A DNA stretch of 64,000 nt from Auanema rhodensis (lineage: Eukaryota > Animalia > Nematoda). The notes beneath the pieces are model-generated. The model did not search any database and was not told the DNA's origin. It was given only the letters and a program-made list of their open reading frames with translations. Made by a program: the position numbers and the translations under genes. The stretch covers positions 930,001 through 994,000 of the forward strand of contig OZ059897.1 of the NCBI GenBank assembly GCA_964057225.1. Direction: 5' to 3'. Position 1 is the stretch's first letter; every line of letters starts with the position of its first letter. Positions 53,060 to 64,000 of this stretch are shown in pieces.

Positions 53060-56000
53060 GTGAACTTATATCAGTTGATATCTCGGTGAATTTTTAAGCT
53101 AACTCAAATCTGATAACACAGATCGACGCAGCTTAAAAATCCGTTTCGAATGCATTATACTACATTGAGAAACGCTCAATACAAAAATTAATTATGATTG
53201 TTTGAAAAAAGATGCATTAGTGTATGTTGAGTTTCCATGTACACTCAACATTGCTTCCAAAAACATTTTGACAAAAATTTTCCCGAAAAATTTCAAGATA
53301 ATTTCACGAAAAGTAGATGTTTTTAGATTTCTTTTTTTAAGGCAAAGACGATGGACAATGTTATTCAACGAAAAAATTAATTCTTCAGGGTGAAAATCGA
53401 GGATATAAGTGTGAACTTATATCAGTTGATATCTCGGTGAATTTTTAAGCTAACTCAAATCTGATAACACAGATCGACGCAGCTTAAAAATCCGTTTCGA
53501 ATGCATTATACTACATTGAGAAACGCTCAATACAAAAATTATTTATGATTGTTTGAAAAAAGATGCATTAGTGTATGTTGAGTTTCCATGTACACTCAAC
53601 ATTGCTTCAAAAAACATTTTGACAAAAATTTTCCCGAAAAATTTCAAGATAATTTTACAGAAACTAGATGTTTTTAGATTCCTTTTTTTAAGGCGAAGAC
53701 GATGGACAATGTTATTCAACGAAAAAATTAATTCTTCAGGGTGAAAATTGAGGATATAAGTGTGAACTTATATCAGTTGATATCTCGGTGAATTTTTAAG
53801 CTAACTCAAATCTGATAACACAGATCGACGCAGCTTAAAAATCCGTTTCGAATGCATTATACTACATTGAGAAACGCTCAATACAAAAATTATTTATGAT
53901 TGTTTGAAAAAAGATGCATTAGTGTATGTTGAGTTTCCATGTACACTCAACATTGCTTCCAAAAACATTTTGACAAAAATTTTCCCGAAAAATTTCAAGA
54001 TAATTTTACAAAAACTAGATGTTTTTAGATTCCTTTTTTTAAGGCGAAGACGATGGACAATGTTATTCAACGAAAAAATTAATTCTTCAGGGTGAAAATC
54101 GAGGATATAAGTGTGAACTTATATCAGTTGATATCTCGGTGAATTTTTAAGCTAACTCAAATCTGATAACACAGATCGACGCAGCTTAAAAATCCGTTTC
54201 GAATGCATTATACTACATTGAGAAACGCTCAATACAAAAATTATTTATGATTGTTTGAAAAAAGATGCATTAGTGTATGTTGAGTTTCCATGTACACTCA
54301 ACATTGCTTCAAAAAACATTTTGACAAAAATTTTCCCGAAAAATTTCAAGATAATTTTACAGAAACTAGATGTTTTTAGATTCCTTTTTTTAAGGCGAAA
54401 ACGATGGACAATGTTATTCAACGAAAAAATTAATTCTTCAGGGTGAAAATCGAGGATATAAGTGTGAACTTATATCAGTTGATATCTCGGTGAATTTTTA
54501 AGCTAACTCAAATCTGATAACACAGATCGACGCAGCTTAAAAATCCGTTTCGAATGCATTATACTACATTGAGAAACGCTCAATACAAAAATTATTTATG
54601 ATTGTTTGAAAAAAGATGCATTAGTGTATGTTGAGTTTCCATGTACACTCAACATTGCTTCCAAAAACATTTTGACAAAAATTTTCCCGAAAAATTTCAA
54701 GATAATTTTACAAAAACTAGATGTTTTTAGATTCCTTTTTTTAAGGCGAAGACGATGGACAATGTTATTCAACAAAAAAATTAATTCTTCAGGGTGAAAA
54801 TCGAGGATATAAGTGTGAACTTATATCAGTTGATATCTCGGTGAATTTTTAAGCTAACTCAAATCTGATAACACAGATCGACGCAGCTTAAAAATCCGTT
54901 TCGAATGCATTATACTACATTGAGAAACGCTCAATACAAAAATTATTTATGATTGTTTGAAAAAAGATGCATTAGTGTATGTTGAGTTTCCATGTACACT
55001 CAACATTGCTTCCAAAAACATTTTGACAAAAATTTTCCCGAAAAATTTCAAGATAATTTTACAAAAACTAGATGTTTTTAGATTCCTTTTTTTAAGGCGA
55101 AGACGATGGACAATGTTATTCAACAAAAAAATTAATTCTTCAGGGTGAAAATCGAGGATATAAGTGTGAACTTATATCAGTTGATATCTCGGTGAATTTT
55201 TAAGCTAACTCAAATCTGATAACACAGATCGACGCAGCTTAAAAATCCGTTTCGAATGCATTATACTACATTGAGAAACGCTCAATACAAAAATTATTTA
55301 TGATTGTTTGAAAAAAGATGCATTAGTGTATGTTGAGTTTCCATGTACACTCAACATTGCTTCAAAAAACATTTTGACAAAAATTTTCCCGAAAAATTTC
55401 AAGATAATTTTACAGAAACTAGATGTTTTTAGATTCCTTTTTTTAAGGCGAAGACGATGGACAATGTTATTCAACGAAAAAATTAATTCTTCAGGGTGAA
55501 AATCGAGGATATAAGTGTGAACTTATATCAGTTGATATCTCGGTGAATTTTTAAGCTAACTCAAATCTGATAACACAGATCGACGCAGCTTAAAAATCCG
55601 TTTCGAATGCATTATACTACATTGAGAAACGCTCAATACAAAAATTATTTATGATTGTTTGAAAAAAGATGCATTAGTGTATGTTGAGTTTCCATGTACA
55701 CTCAACATTGCTTCCAAAAACATTTTGACAAAAATTTTCCCGAAAAATTTCAAGATAATTTTACAAAAACTAGATGTTTTTAGATTCCTTTTTTTAAGGC
55801 GAAGACGATGGACAATGTTATTCAACAAAAAAATTAATTCTTCAGGGTGAAAATCGAGGATATAAGTGTGAACTTATATCAGTTGATATCTCGGTGAATT
55901 TTTAAGCTAACTCAAATCTGATAACACAGATCGACGCAGCTTAAAAATCCGTTTCGAATGCATTATACTACATTGAGAAACGCTCAATACAAAAATTATT

Positions 56001-57973
56001 TATGATTGTTTGAAAAAAGATGCATTAGTGTATGTTGAGTTTCCATGTACACTCAACATTGCTTCCAAAAACATTTTGACAAAAATTTTCCCGAAAAATT
56101 TCAAGATAATTTTACAAAAACTAGATGTTTTTAGATTCCTTTTTTTAAGGCGAAGACGATGGACAATGTTATTCAACGAAAAAATTAATTCTTCAGGGTG
56201 AAAATCGAGGATATAAGTGTGAACTTATATCAGTTGATATCTCAGTGCATTTTTAAGCTAGCGCAAATCTGATAACACAGATCGACGCAGCTTAAAAATC
56301 CGCATCGAATGCACTATACTACATTGAGAAACGCTCAATACAAAAATTATTTATGATTGTTTGAAAAATGATGCATTAGTGTATGTTGAGTTTCCATGTA
56401 CACTAAACATTGCTTCCAAAAACATTTTGACAAAAATTTTCCCGAAAAATTTCAAGATAATTTTACAGAAAGTAAATGTTTTTAGATTCCTTTTTTTAAG
56501 GCGAAGACGATGGACAATGTTATTCAACGAAAAAATTAATTCTTCAGGGTGAAAATCGAGGATATAAGTGTGAACTTATATCAGTTGATATCTCGGTGAA
56601 TTTTTAAGCTAACTCAAATCTGATAACACAGATCGACGCAGCTTAAAAATCCGTTTCGAATGCACTATACCACATTGAGAAACGCTCAATACAAAAATTA
56701 TTTATGATTGTTTGAAAAAAGATGCATTAGTGTATGTTGAGTTTCCATGTACACTCAACATTGCTTCCAAAAACATTTTGACAAAAATTTTCCCGAAAAA
56801 TTTCAAGATAATTTTACAAAAACTAGATGTTTTTAGATTCCTTTTTCTAAGGCGAAGACGATGGACAATGTTATTCAACGAAAAAATTAATTCTTCAGGG
56901 TGAAAATCGAGGATATAAGTGTGAACTTATATCAGTTGATATCTCGGTGAATTTTTAAGCTAACTCAAATCTGATAACACAGATCGACGCAGCTTAAAAA
57001 TCCGTTTCGAATGCATTATACTACATTGAGAAACGCTCAATACAAAAATTAATTATGATTGTTTGAAAAAAGATGCATTAGTGTATGTTGAGTTTCCATG
57101 TACACTCAACATTGCTTCCAAAAACATTTTGACAAAAATTTTCCCGAAAAATTTCAAGATAATTTTACAAAAACTAGATGTTTTTAGATTCTTTTTTTTA
57201 AGGCGAAGACGATGGACAATGTTATTCAACGAAAAAATTAATTCTTCAGGGTGAAAATCGAGGATATAAGTGTGAACTTATATCAGTTGATATCTCGGTG
57301 CATTTTTAAGCTAGCGCAAATCTAATAACACAGATCGACGCAGCTTAAAAATCCGCATCGAATGCACTATACTACATTGAGAAACGCTCAATACAAAAAT
57401 TATTTATGATTGTTTGAAAAATGATGCATTAGTGTATGTTGAGTTTCCATGTACACTAAACATTGCTTCCAAAAACATTTTGACAAAAATTTTCCCGAAA
57501 AATTTCAAGATAATTTTACAGAAAGTAAATGTTTTTAGATTCCTTTTTTTAAGGCGAAGACGATGGACAATGTTATTCAACGAAAAAATTAATTCTTCAG
57601 GGTGAAAATCGAGGATATAAGTGTGAACTTATATCAGTTGATATCTCGGTGCATTTTTAAGCTAGCGCAAATCTAATAACACAGATCGACGCAGCTTAAA
57701 AATCCGCATCGAATGCACTATCCTACATTGAGAAACGCTCAATACAAAAATTATTTATGATTGTTTGAAAAATGATGCATTAGTGTATGTTGAGTTTCCA
57801 TGTACACTCAACATTGCTTCCAAAAACATTTTGACAAAAATTTTCCCGAAAAATTTCAAGATAATTTTACAAAAAGTAGATGTTTTTAGATTTCTTTTTT
57901 TAAGGCAAAGACGATGGACAATGTTATTCAACGAAAAAATTGATTCTTCAGGGTGAAAATCGAGGATATAAGT

Positions 57974-58288
57974 GTGAACTTATATCAGTTGATATATCGG
58001 TGCATTTTTGAGCTAGCGCAAATCTGATAACACAGATCGACGCAGCTTAAAAATCCGCATCGAATGCACTATCCTACATTGAGAAACGCTTAATACAAAA
58101 ATTAGTTATGCTCGTTTGAAAAATGATTCATTAGTGTATGTTGAGTTTCCATGTACACTCAACATTGCATCCCAAAACATTTTGACGTTTTTAGATGTTT
58201 TTAGATTCCTTTTTCTAAGGCGAAGACGATGGACAATGTTATTCAACGAAAAAATTAATTCTTCAGGGTGAAAATCGAGGATATAAGT
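57974..58288 (+). repeat. 315 bp deletion variant of monomer B (copy 2)
   Basis: Same junction and same linked variants (gatatatcgg, tttgagct, gcatcccaaa) as copy 1, 5229 bp (15 monomers) downstream. Confidence 0.93.
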
Positions 58289-60030
58289 GTGAACTTATAT
58301 CAGTTGATATCTCGGTGAATTTTTAAGCTAACTCAAATCTGATAACACAGATCGACGCAGCTTAAAAATCCGTTTCGAATGCATTATACTACATTGAGAA
58401 ACGCTCAATACAAAAATTAATTATGATTGTTTGAAAAAAGATGCATTAGTGTATGTTGAGTTTCCATGTACACTCAACATTGCTTCCAAAAACATTTTGA
58501 CAAAAATTTTCCCGAAAAATTTCAAGATAATTTCACGAAAAGTAGATGTTTTTAGATTCCTTTTTTTAAGGCAAAGACGATGGACAATGTTATTCAACGA
58601 AAAAATTAATTCTTCAGGGTGAAAATCGAGGATATAAGTGTGAACTTATATCAGTTGATATCTCGGTGAATTTTTAAGCTAACTCAAATCTGATAACACA
58701 GATCGACGCAGCTTAAAAATCCGTTTCGAATGCATTATACTACATTGAGAAACGCTCAATACAAAAATTATTTATGATTGTTTGAAAAAAGATGCATTAG
58801 TGTATGTTGAGTTTCCATGTACACTCAACATTGCTTCCAAAAACATTTTGACAAAAATTTTCCCGAAAAATTTCAAGATAATTTTACAAAAACTAGTTGT
58901 TTTTAGATTCCTTTTTTTAAGGCGAAGACGATGGACAATGTTATTCAACGAAAAAATTAATTCTTCAGGGTGAAAATCGAGGATATAAGTGTGAACTTAT
59001 ATCAGTTGATATCTCGGTGAATTTTTAAGCTAACTCAAATCTGATAACACAGATCGACGCAGCTTAAAAATCCGCATCGAATGCACTATACTACATTGAG
59101 AAACGCTCAATACAAAAATTATTTATGATTGTTTGAAAAAAGATGCATTAGTGTATGTTGAGTTTCCATGTACACTCAACATTGCTTCAAAAAACATTTT
59201 GACAAAAATTTTCCCGAAAAATTTCAAGATAATTTTACAGAAACTAGATGTTTTTAGATTCCTTTTTTTAAGGCGAAGACGATGGACAATGTTATTCAAC
59301 GAAAAAATTAATTCTTCAGGGTGAAAATCGAGGATATAAGTGTGAACTTATATCAGTTGATATCTCGGTGAATTTTTAAGCTAACTCAAATCTGATAACA
59401 CAGATCGACGCAGCTTAAAAATCCGTTTCGAATGCATTATACTACATTGAGAAACGCTCAATACAAAAATTATTTATGATTGTTTGAAAAAAGATGCATT
59501 AGTGTATGTTGAGTTTCCATGTACACTCAACATTGCTTCCAAAAACATTTTGACAAAAATTTTCCCGAAAAATTTCAAGATAATTTTACAAAAACTAGAT
59601 GTTTTTAGATTCCTTTTTTTAAGGCGAAGACGATGGACAATGTTATTCAACGAAAAAATTAATTCTTCAGGGTGAAAATCGAGGATATAAGTGTGAACTT
59701 ATATCAGTTGATATCTCAGTGCATTTTTAAGCTAGCGCAAATCTGATAACACAGATCGACGCAGCTTAAAAATCCGTTTCGAATGCATTATACTACATTG
59801 AGAAACGCTCAATACAAAAATTAATTATGATCGTTTGAAAAATGATGCATTAGTGTATGTTGAGTTTCCATGTACACTCAACATTGCTTCCAAAAACATT
59901 TTGACAAAAATTTTCCCGAAAAATTTCAAGATAATTTTACGAAAACTAGATGTTTTTAGATTCCTTTTTTCAAGGCAAAGACGATGGACAATGTTATTCA
60001 ACGAAAAAATTAATTCTTCAGGGTGAAAAT

Positions 60031-60046
60031 CGAGGATAAAAATCTG
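60031..60046 (+). other. Junction of a net 50 bp deletion in satellite B (301 bp unit)
   Basis: cgaggata is joined to aaaatctg. ORF spacing from 59835 to 60136 is 301. Confidence 0.9.
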
Positions 60047-60561
60047 ATAACACAGATCGACGCAGCTTAAAAATCCGCATCGAATGCACTATACTACATT
60101 GAGAAACGCTCAATAAAAAAATTATTTATGATTGTTTGAAAAAAGATGCATTAGTGTATGTTGAGTTTCCATGTACACTCAACATTGCTTCCAAAAACAT
60201 TTTGACAAAAATTTTCCCGAAAAATTTCAAGATAATTTTACAAAAACTAGATGTTTTTAGATTCCTTTTTTCAAGGCAAAGACGATGGACAATGTTATTC
60301 AACGAAAAAATTAATTCTTCAGGGTGAAAATCGAGGATATAAGTGTGAACTTATATCAGTTGATATCTCGGTGCATTTTTAAGCTAGCGCAAATCTGATA
60401 ACACAGATCGACGCAGCTTAAAAATCCGCATCGAATGCATTATACTACATTGAGAAACGCTCAATACAAAAATTATTTATGATTGTTTGAAAAATGATGC
60501 ATTAGTGTATGTTGAGTTTCCATGTACACTCAACATTGCTTCCAAAAACATTTTGACAAAT

Positions 60562-61765
60562 ATTTTCCCGAAAAATTTCAAGAGAGGATATAAGTGTGAA
60601 CTTATATCAGTTGATATCTCGGTGCACTTTTAAGCTAACTCAAATCTGATAACACAGATCGACGCAGCTTAAAAATCCGCATCGAATGCACTATACTACA
60701 TTGATAAACGCTCAATACAAAAATTAGTTATGATCGTTTGAAAAATGATGCATTAGTGTATGTTGAGTTTCCATGTACACTCAACATTGCTTCCAAAAAC
60801 ATTTTGACAAAAATTTTCCCGAAAAATTTCAAGATAATTTTACAAAAAGTAGATGTTTTTGAATTTCTTTTTTTAAGGCGAAAACGATGGACAATGTTAT
60901 TCAACGAAAAAATTAATTCTTCAGGGTGAAAATCGAGGATATAAGTGTGAACTTATATCAATTCATATCTCGGTGCATTTTTAAGCTAACTCAAATCTGA
61001 TAACACAGATCGACGCAGCTTAAAAATCCGCATCGAATGCAGTATACTACATTGAGAAACGCTCAATACAAAAATTATTTATGATTGTTTGAAAAATGAT
61101 GCATTAGTGTATGTTGAGTTTCCATGTACACTCAACATTGCTTCCAAAAACATTTTGACAAAAATTTTCCCGAAAAATTTCAAGAGAGGATATAAGTGTG
61201 AACTTATATCAGTTGATATCTCGGTGCACTTTTAAGCTAACTCAAATCTGATAACACAGATCGACGCAGCTTAAAAATCCGCATCGAATGCACTATACTA
61301 CATTGATAAACGCTCAATACAAAAATTAGTTATGATCGTTTGAAAAATGATGCATTAGTGTATGTTGAGTTTCCATGTACACTCAACATTGCTTCCAAAA
61401 ACATTTTGACAAAAATTTTCCCGAAAAATTTCAAGATAATTTTACAAAAAGTAGATGTTTTTGAATTTCTTTTTTTAAGGCGAAAACGATGGACAATGTT
61501 ATTCAACGAAAAAATTAATTCTTCAGGGTGAAAATCGAGGATATAAGTGTGAACTTATATCAATTCATATCTCGGTGCATTTTTAAGCTAACTCAAATCT
61601 GATAACACAGATCGACGCAGCTTAAAAATCCGCATCGAATGCAGTATACTACATTGAGAAACGCTCAATACAAAAATTATTTATGATTGTTTGAAAAATG
61701 ATGCATTAGTGTATGTTGAGTTTCCATGTACACTCAACATTGCTTCCAAAAACATTTTGACAAAA
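60562..61765 (+). repeat. Tandem duplication of a 602 bp unit (251 bp deleted monomer plus 351 bp monomer)
   Basis: The 100 bp deletion junction tttcaaga|gaggata occurs at 60583/60584 and 61185/61186. Linked variants aattcatat, gcagtatac and cattgataaa also recur 602 bp apart. Confidence 0.9.
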
Positions 61766-64000
61766 ATTTTCCCGAAAAATTTCAAGATAATTTTACAAAA
61801 ACTAGATGTTTTTAGATTCCTTTTTTCAAGGCAAAGACGATGGACAATGTTATTCAACGAAAAAATTAATTCTTCAGGGTGAAAATCGAGGATATAAGTG
61901 TGAACTTATATCAGTTGATATCTCGGTGAATTTTTAAGCTAACTCAAATCTGATAACACAGATCGACGCAGCTTAAAAATCCGTTTTGAATGCACTATAC
62001 TACATTGAGAAACGCTCAATACAAAAATTATTTATGATTGTTTGAAAAAAGATGCATTAGTGTATGTTGAGTTTCCATGTACACTCAACATTGCTTCCAA
62101 AAACATTTTGACAAAAATTTTCCCGAAAAATTTCAAGATAATTTTACAAAAACTAGATGTTTTTAGATTCCTTTTTTCAAGGCAAAGACGATGGACAATG
62201 TTATTCAACGAAAAAATTAATTCTTCAGGGTGAAAATCGAGGATATAAGTGTGAACTTATATCAGTTGATATCTCGGTGCATTTTTAAGCTAACTCACAT
62301 CTGATAACACAGATCGACGCAGCTTAAAAATCCGCATCGAATGCACTAAACTACATTGAGAAACGCTCAATACAAAAATTATTTATGATTGTTTGAAAAA
62401 AGATGCATTAGTGTATGTTGAGTTTCCATGTACACTCAACATTGCTTCCAAAAACATTTTGACAAAAATTTTCCCGAAAAATTTCAAGATAATTTTACAG
62501 AAACTAGATGTTTTTAGATTCCTTTTTTCAAGGCAAAGACGATGGACAATGTTATTCAACAAAAAAATTAATTCTTCAGGGTGAAAATCGAGGATATAAG
62601 TGTGAACTTATATCAGTTGATATCTCGGTGAATTTTTAAGCTAACTCAAATCTGATAACACAGATCGACGCAGCTTAAAAATCCGTTTCGAATGCACTAT
62701 ACTACATTGAGAACCGCTCAATACAAAAATTATTTATGATTGTTTGAAAAATGATGCATTAGTGTATGTTGCGTTTCCATGTACACTCAACATTGCTTCC
62801 AAAAACATTTTGACAAAAATTTTCCCGAAAAATTTCAAGATAATTTTACAAAAACTAGATGTTCTTAGATTCCTTTTCTCAAGGCGAAGACGATGGACAA
62901 TGTTATTCAACGAAAAAATTAATTCTTCAGGGTGAAAATCGAGGATATAAGTGTGAACTTATATCAGTTGATATCTCGGTGCATTTTTAAGCTAGCGCAA
63001 ATCTAATAACACAGATCGACGCCGCTCAAAAATACGCATCGAATGCACTATACTACATTGAGAAAGGCTTAATACGAAAATTATTTATGATTGTTTGAAA
63101 AATGATGCATTAGTATATGTTGAGTTTCCATGTACACTCAACATTGCTTCCAAAAACATTTTGACAAAAATTTTCCCGAAAAATTTCAAGATAATTTTAC
63201 AGAAAGTAAATGTTTTTAGATTCCTTTTTTTAAGGCGAAGACGATGGACAATGTTATTCAACGAAAAAATTAATTCTTCAGGGTGAAAATCGAGGATATA
63301 AGTGTGAACTTATATCAGTTGATATCTCGGTGCATTTTTAAGCTAGCGCAAATCTAATAACACAGATCGACGCAGCTTAATAATCCGCATCAAATGCACT
63401 ATATAACATTGAGAAACGCTCAATACAAAAATTATTTATGATTGTTTGAAAAATGATGCATTAGTGTATGTTGAGTTTCCATGTACACTCAACATTGCTT
63501 CCAAAAACATTTTGACAAAAATTTTCCCGAAAAATTTCAAGATAATTTCACGAAAAGTAGATGTTTTTAGATTCCTTTTTTTAAGGCAAAGACGATGGAC
63601 AATGTTATTCAACAAAAAAATTAATTCTTCAGGGTGAAAATCGAGGATATAAGTGTGAACTTATATCAGTTGATATCTCGGTGCACTTTTAAGCTAACTC
63701 AAATCTGATAACACAGATCGACGCAGCTTAAAAATCCGCATCGAATGCACTAAACTACATTGAGAAACGCTCAATACAAAAATTATTTATGATTGTTTGA
63801 AAAATGATGCATTAGTGTATGTTGCGTTTCCATGTACACTCAACATTGCTTCCAAAAACATTTTGACAAAAATTTTCCCGAAAAATTTCAAGATAATTTT
63901 ACAAAAACTAGATGTTCTTAGATTCCTTTTCTCAAGGCGAAGACGATGGACAATGTTATTCAACGAAAAAATTAATTCTTCAGGGTGAAAATCGAGGATA

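Larger units (their letters stand above)
25733..64000 (+). repeat. Satellite B tandem array, 351 bp monomer, 110 copies, truncated by the window end
   Basis: ORF-track starts recur every 351 bp (26211 to 52536 = 75 x 351). The 38268 bp observed, plus 337 bp lost in six deleted monomers, plus 5 bp missing at the window end, equal 110 x 351. One monomer has about 111 G+C in 351 bp. Confidence 0.98.

Noticed and set aside
26211-63988. About 100 copies of a 63-aa ORF (MKNDALVY...NSSG) as a tandem gene family
   Set aside because: The start is TTG, and the only in-frame ATG is 11 codons from the end. The common variants are mostly non-synonymous (N/K, A/E, V/L, R/E, Q/R), and I recognise no domain. 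Recurrence simply follows the 351 bp repeat. The frame is open in all full-length copies and the 36 bp deletion is in frame, so only Ribo-seq, proteomics or dN/dS below 1 would revive it.
1-64000. CRISPR array or repeat-spacer system
   Set aside because: There are no unique spacers. The variable blocks are a few recurrent alleles inside 182 or 351 bp monomers, and there are no cas-like ORFs.

Overview
The whole window is AT-rich tandem satellite DNA of eukaryotic heterochromatin or (peri)centromere type. I see no credible protein-coding gene, RNA gene, CRISPR array or autonomous mobile element. Three blocks abut with no unique spacer. (1) Satellite A, a 181-182 bp monomer (about 26% GC, about 138 copies, T-rich on +), spans 1-25040. 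It is homogeneous on the left and more diverged toward the right, where it is organised as ~12-mer higher-order repeats (HORs) and finally as alternating dimers. (2) About 3.8 monomers of satellite A lie in inverted orientation at 25041-25732. (3) Satellite B, a 351 bp monomer (about 32% GC, 110 copies), spans 25733-64000. It carries successive 3/4-, 13-, 5- and 11-mer HORs and a few deleted monomers (336, 315, 301, 251 bp). The ~100 63-aa ORFs are a by-product of satellite B. The most interesting points are the A / inverted-A / B junction, the fact that B begins exactly at the loop of its own hairpin, the dense inverted repeats of the B monomer, a gapped motif shared by A and B, and the absence of small indels in B. 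The organism and satellite family names cannot be established without a database search.
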